A program made the position numbers and the translations under genes. The notes under the pieces were generated by a model. It was given only the letters and a program-made list of their open reading frames with translations, did no database searches and was not told the DNA's origin. From Prevotella sp. UBA6387 (GTDB taxonomy: Bacteria; Bacteroidota; Bacteroidia; Bacteroidales; Bacteroidaceae), in the NCBI GenBank assembly GCA_002437565.1, contig DJQL01000117.1, forward strand, positions 1 to 32,981: a stretch of DNA of 32,981 bases, given 5' to 3'. How positions within the stretch are numbered: position 1 is the first letter of the stretch; each line of letters opens with the position of its first letter. This document shows, piece after piece, positions 1 through 8,542 of the stretch.

Positions 1-2
1 CC

Positions 3-1406
3 CGCATAGGCAACTTCACGGCACGACCCAAGACCATGGACGCAGACTTGCTCGCCACCGTAAACAAGGTCAAACCCGATGGGCCAAAATACAACCACTT
101 CGGGTTCTTGAAGATGCACAAAGGGAAGCTATATAGTTGCGGAGGAGGATATAATGTCATTAGCGATTTGAATTATCCTGGATACATACAAGTATTGGAC
201 AATGGGAAATGGGAAATCTTTCAAGACAATATAACCAGTCAAACCGGCATTCCATACAAAGACGTAGGTTGTCTTGAAATTGATCCAAAAGACGACGGAC
301 ACGTCTTCGCAGGAGCCATAAACGGATTATACGAGTTCAACAATGGTATTTTCACCAATCACTATTCCTACGACAACAGTCTTCTCAGGCCTACGTTCAG
401 CGATAATAAAAGCTATGTCTTTGTAAATGGGCTCAAATACGATGAAAATGGTGACCTATGGATACTCAATTCCATGAACAATGAACAAAACATACTGCAA
501 TATACGGCAGAAAAAAAATGGCAGCCATTCTTCCAGCAAGACCTCAAGGGTCTCGCCATGCTTAGCGCGCCAATCATTGACAGTCGTGGCTTGATGTGGT
601 TTGTCAACTGTAACTGGCAAAAGCCTTCATTCTATGTATATCAAAATGACAACAATAAACTTACCGACTTTGTAGCACCTTTCATCAATCAGGATGGCAC
701 ACAAATAAGTGATTTATTCAACGTTTATTGCATAGTTGAAGACAAAGACCATAATATATGGGTAGGCACAGACCAAGGGCCATTCATGCTTACAACTGAT
801 CAAATGGACGCGTCGTTACCCATATATACGCAAGTGAAAGTACCTCGCAACGACGGTACAAACTATGCCGACTATCTTTTGTCAGGAGTCAGCACTCGCT
901 GCATCTATATAGACAACAGCAATCGCAAATGGTTTGGCACCACTGCCAACGGACTTTATGTCATAGACTCTGACAACATAACCACACTGGCGCATTTCAC
1001 CAAAGACAACAGCAAGCTTCTATCTGACAACATTTTATCTCTTGCATTTAATAAGTCAACAGGCGAAATGTACATTGGCACAGATAGGGGATTATGCTCC
1101 TATACCAGCCACTTTACCGACAATAGCAATGGCATGACCAAGGATAACGTATGGGCTTATCCCAATCCGGTACGCCCAGGTTACGCAGGGGCAATAACTA
1201 TAACTGGCATCCAAAATGGAGCTTCAGTAAAAATCGTGACCAGCAATGGCTCATTGGTCAACGAGGGAACTGCCGAGAACGGACAATACAAATGGTACGG
1301 CCTTGACCGCAACGGACGGCGTGTGACAAGTGGAGTTTACATGGTAGAAATAGCGACAAGTGAAGGTGAGAAAGGAGTGATATGCAAAATAGCAGTCGTA
1401 AATTAG
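3..1406 (+). CDS. porZ: PorZ-like T9SS surface protein (two-component-regulator beta-propeller repeats plus C-terminal sorting domain), 5'-truncated by window edge
   Basis: Frame is open from the window start. Propeller repeats (IVEDKDHNIWVGTDQG, IYIDNSNRKWFGT, MYIGTDRGL), a KVPRNDGTNYADYLL segment typical of PorZ, and a CTD with VWAYPNPV...SGVY...KIAVVN. Confidence 0.8.
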   Translation, partial: RIGNFTARPKTMDADLLATVNKVKPDGPKYNHFGFLKMHKGKLYSCGGGYNVISDLNYPGYIQVLDNGKWEIFQDNITSQTGIPYKDVGCLEIDPKDDGHVFAGAINGLYEFNNGIFTNHYSYDNSLLRPTFSDNKSYVFVNGLKYDENGDLWILNSMNNEQNILQYTAEKKWQPFFQQDLKGLAMLSAPIIDSRGLMWFVNCNWQKPSFYVYQNDNNKLTDFVAPFINQDGTQISDLFNVYCIVEDKDHNIWVGTDQGPFMLTTDQMDASLPIYTQVKVPRNDGTNYADYLLSGVSTRCIYIDNSNRKWFGTTANGLYVIDSDNITTLAHFTKDNSKLLSDNILSLAFNKSTGEMYIGTDRGLCSYTSHFTDNSNGMTKDNVWAYPNPVRPGYAGAITITGIQNGASVKIVTSNGSLVNEGTAENGQYKWYGLDRNGRRVTSGVYMVEIATSEGEKGVICKIAVVN

Positions 1407-2521
1407 TGGCTTCTCTTATCATTTATTTGATAATAAATGTGATGTTTATTGTCAAATACTCCGCAAGGGTAAGCCATAAGCTGTCTATCGTGGTAGCAAT
1501 CACCTACACCATTTCTGTTTGCATAGCACTCTTTATCCTACAACATGTCAAATTCAAGAAAAAATCGAAATTACTGTTTTTAATCTTATCTTACATCATA
1601 CTGCTTGCCATTGGGCAAAATCTAATAGATCCATATCAGTTGAAAGTGGACCGATGGTCAGCCATTCATAACTTTCTTCACAACCTTTTTCACGGCATAT
1701 ACCCATACGCTGCCCAAACTCATTTGGGTGGTTATGGCTCACCTTTTCCAATATGGCAGTTTTTCCACATTCCATTCTACCTGCTCGGAAACGTAGGACT
1801 TTCGTTTTTCTTTTCATTGGGCATATTCTTCGCGTCCGTATGGAAAAACTTCACTGCCAAGCAATTGTCTTGCATGTGCCTTTTGATATTGCTTTCGCCT
1901 GCCATAATGTACGAATGCATAGTAAGAAGCGACTTGATAAGCAATTTTCTTTTATTGGCAAGTTTTGTGAATTATCTGTATTTCAATTCGGCTAATATAG
2001 AGAAACACTGGAAAAAAACGGCTTTTGTAATTGGGCTTTTCCTTAGCACGCGTTTATCCACAGCTATACCGTTTTTTATCTATATTTTCCCTATTTACAG
2101 CAAATTTAGCAAATGGAAACAAATACTGTTCCCCGTCTACATCCTATGCATATTTATCATAACCTTCATTCCATTCATGTTTTGGAACGGGGAAATGCTA
2201 TTCTTCTTCCAATACAATCCGTTTATATTACAAACAAGGCAAGGCAGCATGATTATAATACTGCTGCTTATCCCTGTTTATTTTTACTTATCCCTCTCTT
2301 GGAAAGGCAATTACAGGCTGCTTATGTGTAATATAGCATTGGCTATGATTACTCTCGTGGCCGTAACGTTCATATACAACATGTACACCACTGACACCTG
2401 GAACGAATTATTTCAATCACGCTATGACATAACCTACTTTGACATGTCATTGCCATTCTTGCTTTCATCTATTTCTTCTTCATACGAAAAAGGCTACAGC
2501 TTGCCTTGCTCGCCAAGGTAG
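1382..2521 (+). CDS. Polytopic membrane protein, probable GT-C-fold glycosyltransferase (GT87-like); true start uncertain (1382-1442)
   Basis: About 10 hydrophobic segments and a first loop DRWSAIHNFLHNLFHGIYPY...GYGSPFP resembling lipid-linked-sugar transferases. Visibly AT-rich. Overlaps the serB 3' end convergently by 28 bp. Confidence 0.55.
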   Translation: MQNSSRKLVASLIIYLIINVMFIVKYSARVSHKLSIVVAITYTISVCIALFILQHVKFKKKSKLLFLILSYIILLAIGQNLIDPYQLKVDRWSAIHNFLHNLFHGIYPYAAQTHLGGYGSPFPIWQFFHIPFYLLGNVGLSFFFSLGIFFASVWKNFTAKQLSCMCLLILLSPAIMYECIVRSDLISNFLLLASFVNYLYFNSANIEKHWKKTAFVIGLFLSTRLSTAIPFFIYIFPIYSKFSKWKQILFPVYILCIFIITFIPFMFWNGEMLFFFQYNPFILQTRQGSMIIILLLIPVYFYLSLSWKGNYRLLMCNIALAMITLVAVTFIYNMYTTDTWNELFQSRYDITYFDMSLPFLLSSISSSYEKGYSLPCSPR

Positions 2522-3738
2522 CTGTCCTTGAAACCAAGGAAATAGAGTATGCCGTCTATTCCCATGGTGTTGATGCTCTGCTGGGCGTTGGCCGCCACGC
2601 GAGGCTTGGCGTGGAAGGCTATGCCAAGTCCTGCCTCCCCAATCATGGGCAGGTCGTTGGCGCCATCACCCACGGCAATGGTCTGGGCGAGGTTCACCCT
2701 TTCCACCTGAGCTATTAGCTTCAGAAGCTCTGCCTTGCGCTGCCCGTCAACGATGTCGCCTACATAACGGCCCGTCAACTTGCCGTCGTCGCCTATTTCC
2801 AATTCGTTGGCGTAAACGTAGTCGATGCCATATTTCTTCCGCAAGTATTCACCGAAATAGGTGAAACCTCCGCTCAGGATGGCTATCTTGTACCCACAAG
2901 TCTTCAGCACGCTCATCAGCCTGTCTGTGCCTTCCGTGATAGGCAGGCTTTCGGCTATGTCTTTCATCACGCTCGCGTCGAGACCTTTCAGCAATGCCAC
3001 GCGCTCCTTGAAACTCTCCTTGAAGTCTATCTCGCCACGCATGGCACGCGCCGTGATCTCACTCACCTTGTCGCCTACGCCGGCACGCTTGGCCAGTTCA
3101 TCGATGCACTCGGTCTGTATTAGCGTGGAGTCCATGTCGAAACATATCAGCCTCCTCATCCTGCGATACATGTCATCGTGCTGGAACGAGAAGTCCACCG
3201 CCATCTCCTGCGACATGTTCATCAGCTCTTTCTGCATGGCCGCCGTGTCGGAAGGGTTGCCTCGCAGCGAGAACTCTATGCACGCCCTGACGTTTCGCTC
3301 AGGATGCTTGATGCTCATCCGGCCCGTGAGACGCAAGATGGAATCTATGTTAAGGCCTTGCTCTGCTATTATCTTCGTGGTGGCCTCTATCTGTCGCGCC
3401 GAGAGTGAACGGCCTATGAGGGTGAGTATGTATCGGTTCTTGCCCTGGTGGTTTACCCAACTCTCATACTCATCGTCGCTGATTGGGGAAAAGTCTATGT
3501 TCACGCCCAGCTCCGTGGCCTTGAACAGCAATTCCTTCATCACTTGCCACGAGTGCATGCCGTCAAGACGCATCAGTATGCCGAGCGACAAGGTTGAGTG
3601 GATGTCCGCCTGGCCTATGTCGAGCACTTGGGCACCATACTTGGCCAAGATTGACATGACCGATACAGTGAGACCAGGACGATCTTGACCCGTTATGCTT
3701 ATTAATATCTGTTCTTCCTTTTCTTCTATTTCATTCAT
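2494..3738 (-). CDS. serB: Phosphoserine phosphatase with two N-terminal ACT domains
   Basis: ACT motif ITGQDRPG, HAD motif I FDMDSTL, LSGGF, and GDGANDLPM. Start placed at MNEIEEK (3738). Confidence 0.95.
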   Translation of the reverse strand: MNEIEEKEEQILISITGQDRPGLTVSVMSILAKYGAQVLDIGQADIHSTLSLGILMRLDGMHSWQVMKELLFKATELGVNIDFSPISDDEYESWVNHQGKNRYILTLIGRSLSARQIEATTKIIAEQGLNIDSILRLTGRMSIKHPERNVRACIEFSLRGNPSDTAAMQKELMNMSQEMAVDFSFQHDDMYRRMRRLICFDMDSTLIQTECIDELAKRAGVGDKVSEITARAMRGEIDFKESFKERVALLKGLDASVMKDIAESLPITEGTDRLMSVLKTCGYKIAILSGGFTYFGEYLRKKYGIDYVYANELEIGDDGKLTGRYVGDIVDGQRKAELLKLIAQVERVNLAQTIAVGDGANDLPMIGEAGLGIAFHAKPRVAANAQQSINTMGIDGILYFLGFKDSYLGEQGKL

Positions 3739-3751
3739 TTGCTGAATATTG

Positions 3752-4639
3752 TTACTTTTTATCCATATAATTATTTGAAAGACAGCACACTCTGAAAACA
3801 TTGTATAGAAACAGGCTTGGGTGTTTGCCCATGAGCCTGCGTCTTACGACTGCATTTGTCAACCGAGTTATCCACACTGTTATCCACAATAGATGATGAC
3901 GTCGCAGACTGTCCACAAGGTGAAGTAGGGCGGAGTAGCCTTTCAGTTCTTTCCTGTAATCATAAAGTGTGCGCATGGCCTCTTCTGTCTTTTCAAGAAA
4001 ACGCTCATTGGTCTCAAACCTCACGAAAAGCAATGGATTGTCTATGTGAACTATGCTCACTCGCCTTTCGGCCAAGCCTTTTCCGAAAAGGGTGTCCTCA
4101 TAGCCGTAGGTCTTTATGTTCTCACGAAAAGGGTTGTCGAGCACAACCTGACTTTTAGCCATGAAGTTGCCTGAATGGAAATTATTGTACGGGTGCTCAT
4201 TGCTCTTGCCCACAGAATAGCCTCTCTCCGCTTTCAGCTCATTCAGACAACGCAGGTTAGACTTGTCTACGATGGCTTTAGCCACTCTCAAGCTGCCCAC
4301 TACCACGTCGGCCTTGCCTATGTATCTCACGTAAGTGGCTACAAAGCCCTCAGAGGGCATCATCCCTGCGTCAATATATAATAATGTGTCGAACAGTGCC
4401 TCACGCGCGAGAAAGTTTCTTATGGCCGCCCTGCCCACGTTCTTTCTTCGCTTTATAAGTCTGCAACCATGCATGGAGCCTATTTCATCGTTCATGGCAT
4501 CGAAAGACGAGGGCGAACCATCATCTACCACCACTATTTCCCATGGCATATTCAAGTCACGGCATTGGCGCAGCAATGCCGTGACCTGACTCACGCATGA
4601 GTCTCGGTAGACTGGGATAAGAATAGACAATCCTTGCAT
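3752..4639 (-). CDS. Glycosyltransferase family 2
   Basis: LSILIPVY, EIVVVDDGS, NVGRAAIRN and YGYED motifs. Start placed at MQGLS, just after a TAACTTTG promoter element. Confidence 0.9.
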   Translation of the reverse strand: MQGLSILIPVYRDSCVSQVTALLRQCRDLNMPWEIVVVDDGSPSSFDAMNDEIGSMHGCRLIKRRKNVGRAAIRNFLAREALFDTLLYIDAGMMPSEGFVATYVRYIGKADVVVGSLRVAKAIVDKSNLRCLNELKAERGYSVGKSNEHPYNNFHSGNFMAKSQVVLDNPFRENIKTYGYEDTLFGKGLAERRVSIVHIDNPLLFVRFETNERFLEKTEEAMRTLYDYRKELKGYSALLHLVDSLRRHHLLWITVWITRLTNAVVRRRLMGKHPSLFLYNVFRVCCLSNNYMDKK

Positions 4640-4644
4640 GGGTG

Positions 4645-4652
4645 CAAAGTTA
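4645..4652 (-). promoter_or_regulatory. Bacteroidetes -7 promoter element (TAACTTTG) for GT2-serB, nearly leaderless
   Basis: Reverse strand reads TAACTTTGCACCC-ATG. Confidence 0.7.
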
Positions 4653-4656
4653 ACGT

Positions 4657-5033
4657 TTTTCCACAACCTTATTATTATTATCTATTCTATTTTAAAATTT
4701 AAAAGAAAAATAATAGTATGATGATAGTCTGTGGATATGTTGATACTTTGTAGGCAGGATATTTGCCCAATAAGATATCAACTTTAGAGTTTAGGTTATA
4801 TACATTCATTTACAATATCAAGGCGCTTGATAATAGAATGTTATGAGGTTTTCCACAAAATAGCTGATATGTTGATAATCATAAGTAGGATAACTTTTAC
4901 CTGTGATAAACTGTTGAAAATGCCTTGAAAACGTTTTCACAAGCATGTGGATATCCCCATGGATTGGGCACAAACAATAAGGCTGTGGAAATCGCAATCG
5001 TTTTCCACAGCCTTATCCACAGTGTTATCCACT
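4657..5033. other. oriC: Probable chromosomal replication origin (oriC)
   Basis: DnaA-box-like 9-mers at 4657, 4730(-), 4738(-), 4849, 4870(-), 4912(-), 4946(-), 4984(-), 5001, 5013 (perfect TTATCCACA) and 5025. AT-rich core at about 4669-4720 with (TTA)n/CTA trio-like repeats. Non-coding. Confidence 0.75.
4977..5016 (-). terminator. Hairpin after GT9 gene, built from two inverted DnaA-box-like sites
   Basis: 15-bp inverted repeat ATAAGGCTGTGGAAA / TTTCCACAGCCTTAT. The U-tract on the minus strand is weak. Confidence 0.5.
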
Positions 5034-5042
5034 GATTTTATT

Positions 5043-6086
5043 TCATAAGTTGTTCTCTATTTTCTGTATGATGGCGGATGGGGCTATCTGCCTTAGGCAG
5101 GCGTAATCTCCCCTGCGGCATGGCTTGTTGCCGAAGATGGAGCATGGCCGGCATGGCAACGACACCTGCACGGCGTTTTCCTCCTTTTGGTTCCATCCCA
5201 TGAACCCGGCATAGGGATGCGTGGCTCCCCAGACGCTCACCACCGGCGTGCCAACGAGCGAGGCGAGGTGCATATTGGCAGAGTCCATGCTCACCATCAC
5301 GTCGAGGTTGCTCATGAGTATGAGCTCCTCGCGCAGGTCGTGGAGCAATTCGGGCACCACGGTGCAATACTTATGCCTCTGCGCCACATCTTTTAATAGG
5401 GAAGTTTCTTGGCTTCCGCCACCGAAAAGGAAAACGCGTGCCGATGGATGACGCTTCAGGAGTTCATCGATGACCATCTCCATTTTATCCAGAGGGTAAG
5501 CCTTGCCCTCATGCGCCGCGAAAGGCGCTATGCCTATCCATTGTTGGAAGTCTTTTTTATCACCAATTTCCGCGGGCAACAATCTCAACGGGCCCTTGGA
5601 GGGGAATATAGACTTGAAGTCTATGCTTTTTATTGGATAGCCCAATCTGGCGAACACGTCTTTATAATTGTCGAAAGCGGTCGGTATGGGCTCCACCACC
5701 TTGTCTTTCATGGCGGTGAGCCGCTTTCTCAGGTCGCGGTGCTTGTCTATGTGCGCCACATTGTTTTGACTGAGGTTGAATCTCATCCTCAAGTAGCTCG
5801 ACCTCAGCACGTTGTGCAAGTCGGCTATCGCCGTGAACTGTTTTGCCGCCAATCTCCTGTACAGCGCGTTGAGGCCTTTTATTCCCTTGTATTCCTCTTT
5901 TATGTCGGCCTCCATGAAGCTCACGTTTGGCGCAATGTTCTCGAACAGAGGTCTTGCGAAGGGCTGCGAGAGCATTGTTATCCTAAGGTTGGGATATTCC
6001 TTTGCGAGGGCGTATACCACAGGCACCGTCATGGCCACGTCGCCCATGGCCGAGAAGCGTATTATGAGTATGTGGTCGGTCTTCAC
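5043..6086 (-). CDS. Glycosyltransferase family 9 (heptosyltransferase-like, LPS core)
   Basis: ILIIRFSAMGDVAM, IADLH, IGIAPFA, SMDSANMHLA, VWGAT and CRPCSIFGNKPC motifs. GTG start overlaps the upstream TGA (GTGA). Confidence 0.9.
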   Translation of the reverse strand: MKTDHILIIRFSAMGDVAMTVPVVYALAKEYPNLRITMLSQPFARPLFENIAPNVSFMEADIKEEYKGIKGLNALYRRLAAKQFTAIADLHNVLRSSYLRMRFNLSQNNVAHIDKHRDLRKRLTAMKDKVVEPIPTAFDNYKDVFARLGYPIKSIDFKSIFPSKGPLRLLPAEIGDKKDFQQWIGIAPFAAHEGKAYPLDKMEMVIDELLKRHPSARVFLFGGGSQETSLLKDVAQRHKYCTVVPELLHDLREELILMSNLDVMVSMDSANMHLASLVGTPVVSVWGATHPYAGFMGWNQKEENAVQVSLPCRPCSIFGNKPCRRGDYACLRQIAPSAIIQKIENNL

Positions 6087-6688
6087 TTCTTCTGGTAGAG
6101 TATGGGATTGGTGCTGGGGTCGTTGTACATCTTCATCTGCCTGTACACCTTCATGTATTTCTTTCCCTCCTTGATGTCGTCCAGCAACTGGTCTATGGCG
6201 AGCGACAGGTCTTTCTGCTGCTCCAAGAGCACGTTGAGCTTTCCCTCGCACAGCTCACGGTGCTGCTGCGTGGCATCCTCGCGATTCACCTGCTCCCTCA
6301 TGTGGTAAATCTTCAAGGCGAGTATCGATAGCCTGTCCACGGCCCATGCCGGGCTTTCGGTGTTGAGGCGCGCCTCAGGCTTGGGCGTGATGTCGGAGAA
6401 ATGTTGCCTGAACCACGAGTCGATCTGCTCCACGAGGTCAGTGCGGTCCTGGTTGGAGCGGTCTATGCGGTGCTTGAGCTGCATGCCTTCCTGCGGGTCT
6501 ATGTGTGGGTCACGGATGATGTCCTCCATATGCCATTGCACGCAATCGATCCAGCATTTCAAGTACAGGCGGTTCTCTATCGTGTCGTGCCCGTAAGGAT
6601 TGCTGATAGGGGTGTCAATGTCGTTTTTCACGTGGTAATCCTCAATGGCCTTATTGAAGATTTCGTTACATTTCTGAGTAAATGACAT
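6083..6688 (-). CDS. DUF4254-family protein
   Basis: WIDCVQWHMEDIIR, IDRSNQDRTDLVE, NTESPAWAVDRLSIL and YRQMKMYND motifs. This family is typically found beside GT9 in Bacteroidetes. Confidence 0.8.
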   Translation of the reverse strand: MSFTQKCNEIFNKAIEDYHVKNDIDTPISNPYGHDTIENRLYLKCWIDCVQWHMEDIIRDPHIDPQEGMQLKHRIDRSNQDRTDLVEQIDSWFRQHFSDITPKPEARLNTESPAWAVDRLSILALKIYHMREQVNREDATQQHRELCEGKLNVLLEQQKDLSLAIDQLLDDIKEGKKYMKVYRQMKMYNDPSTNPILYQKK

Positions 6689-6716
6689 ACTTGAATTTAT
6701 TGTCTTTAGATTTGTG

Positions 6717-6893
6717 CAAAATTAATAACTTATTTCGAACTATCCAATCTTTTCTCCGATTAAATATCGAGCCAATAGTGATATATATCAATTGAAATGG
6801 CAACGTAAGTGCACAATATGCTATCTATTGTGCATTATTATTTCAATTTTTCAATGTTTTATTTGCGTAATTGCCAAAAAGTTAGTTACTTTG
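6717..6893. promoter_or_regulatory. Divergent promoters for DUF4254-GT9 (-) and acpP-fabF-rnc (+)
   Basis: TAATTTTG on the minus strand at 6717-6724. TTTG(6862)-N20-TTACTTTG(6886-6893) on the plus strand. Confidence 0.65.
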
Positions 6894-6962
6894 CACACGT
6901 TTTTGAGAAAAAATGTTTCGGAAATTCATTTATTAATTAATAAAAAATAAAAGACTACAATT

Positions 6963-7199
6963 ATGTCAGAAATTGAATCAAAGGTAAAGGCAATCATCGT
7001 AGATAAACTTGGTGTTGACGAGGCAGACGTTAAGCCAGAGGCAAGCTTCACCAACGATCTTGGCGCAGATTCTCTCGACACTGTCGAGCTCATCATGGAG
7101 TTTGAGAAGGAGTTTAACATCACTATCCCTGACGACAAGGCTGAGACCATCCAGACAGTGCAGGATGCCATCAACTACATCAACGAGAACGCTAAGTAA
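6963..7199 (+). CDS. acpP: Acyl carrier protein
   Basis: [12 protein letters not shown] phosphopantetheine motif in a 78-aa acidic protein. Confidence 0.98.
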   Translation: MSEIESKVKAIIVDKLGVDEADVKPEASFTNDLGADSLDTVELIMEFEKEFNITIPDDKAETIQTVQDAINYINENAK

Positions 7200-7219
7200 A
7201 TAGATTTGGCGTCATGCCC

Positions 7220-7252
7220 AGCGTTTAATGATTGCCATTAAACGCTTTTTTT
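7220..7252 (+). terminator. Intrinsic terminator between acpP and fabF
   Basis: AGCGTTTAATG-attgc-CATTAAACGCT followed by a T run. Confidence 0.8.
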
Positions 7253-7273
7253 GTATTAACGAAAGTTTTTCAA

Positions 7274-8536
7274 ATGAAATTGAACAGAGTAGTAGTAACA
7301 GGACTTGGCGCTCTCACTCCGCTTGGCAACAGTGTCGAGGAGACTTGGAAAAACATACTTGACGGAAAGAGTGGCGCGGCTCCCATTACGCTTTTTGATG
7401 CCTCCAAGTTCAGGACTCATTTTGCCTGTGAGGTAAAGGGTTTCAAGGCTGCCGACTATATGGATCGCAAGGAAGCCCGCAAGATGGATCGTTGCACCCA
7501 ACTTGGCATGGCATCAGCCATACAGGCTGTGGCCGACTCTAAAATCGACTTGGACACAGTGGACAAGAACCGCGTGGGCGTGGTTTACGGCATTGGCATT
7601 GGCGGCATACAGACTTTCCAGGAGGAGGTTATGTACTATGCGCAGCACATTGCCGACGGACCAAAGTTCAGCCCATTCTTCATCCCAAAGATGATAGCCG
7701 ACATAACGGCAGGACAAATCAGCATTCATTTCGGATTCCATGGTCCCAACTATGTTACGACGAGTGCTTGCGCTTCTTCGTCACACGCCATTGCCGACGC
7801 ATTCAACCTGTTGCGTCTTGGCAAGGCCGATGTCATCTTGGCTGGTGGCGCTGAGGCTGCCATCACAGAGTGTGGTCTTGGAGGTTTCTGCTCCATGAAG
7901 GCACTGTCGGCACGCAACGATGACCCAGAGCACGCAAGCCGCCCATTCAGCGGCAGTCGCGATGGCTTCGTAATGGGTGAGGGCTCAGCTTGCCTCGTTC
8001 TTGAGACACTGGAGCACGCCAAGAAGCGTGGAGCACACATCTATGCTGAGATGGCTGGTGAGGGAATGAGCGCAGACGCTTACCACATCACGGCTTCACA
8101 TCCTGAGGGTCTTGGTGCAAAGCTCGTAATGAGCGAGGCACTTAAAGACGCAGGCCTGAATACTTCGGACATAGATTACATCAACGTGCATGGCACGTCT
8201 ACACACGTGGGAGACCTTTCTGAGGCCAAGGCCATCAAGGATCTTTTCGGAGACGATGCCTACAAGCTCAACATTTCTTCAACCAAGTCTATGACCGGCC
8301 ACATGCTTGGTGCAGCTGGCGCTGCAGAGGCAATGTTCAGCGTGCTTAGCGTGGTCAACGATGTGGTGCCACCGACAATCAACCATGAGGAAGACGACAA
8401 GGACCCGGAGCTTGACTATAAGCTCAACTTCACGTTCAACAAGCCACAGAAGCGCGAGGTAAGAGCCGCCCTCTCCAACACGTTTGGTTTCGGCGGACAC
8501 AACGCTTGCGTAATCTTCAAGAAATTTGCTGAATAA
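7274..8536 (+). CDS. fabF: 3-oxoacyl-ACP synthase II
   Basis: RVVVTGLG, TSACASS (catalytic Cys), NVHGTST, KSMTGHMLGAAG and SNTFGFGGHN motifs. Start placed at MKLNR. Confidence 0.97.
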   Translation: MKLNRVVVTGLGALTPLGNSVEETWKNILDGKSGAAPITLFDASKFRTHFACEVKGFKAADYMDRKEARKMDRCTQLGMASAIQAVADSKIDLDTVDKNRVGVVYGIGIGGIQTFQEEVMYYAQHIADGPKFSPFFIPKMIADITAGQISIHFGFHGPNYVTTSACASSSHAIADAFNLLRLGKADVILAGGAEAAITECGLGGFCSMKALSARNDDPEHASRPFSGSRDGFVMGEGSACLVLETLEHAKKRGAHIYAEMAGEGMSADAYHITASHPEGLGAKLVMSEALKDAGLNTSDIDYINVHGTSTHVGDLSEAKAIKDLFGDDAYKLNISSTKSMTGHMLGAAGAAEAMFSVLSVVNDVVPPTINHEEDDKDPELDYKLNFTFNKPQKREVRAALSNTFGFGGHNACVIFKKFAE

Positions 8537-8542
8537 CTTTTT

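Noticed and set aside
6087..6251. N-terminal extensions in the ORF track for GT9, serB, GT2, fabF and the pyridoxal kinase
   Set aside because: They overlap upstream genes, promoters or terminators. Downstream starts match the family N-termini.
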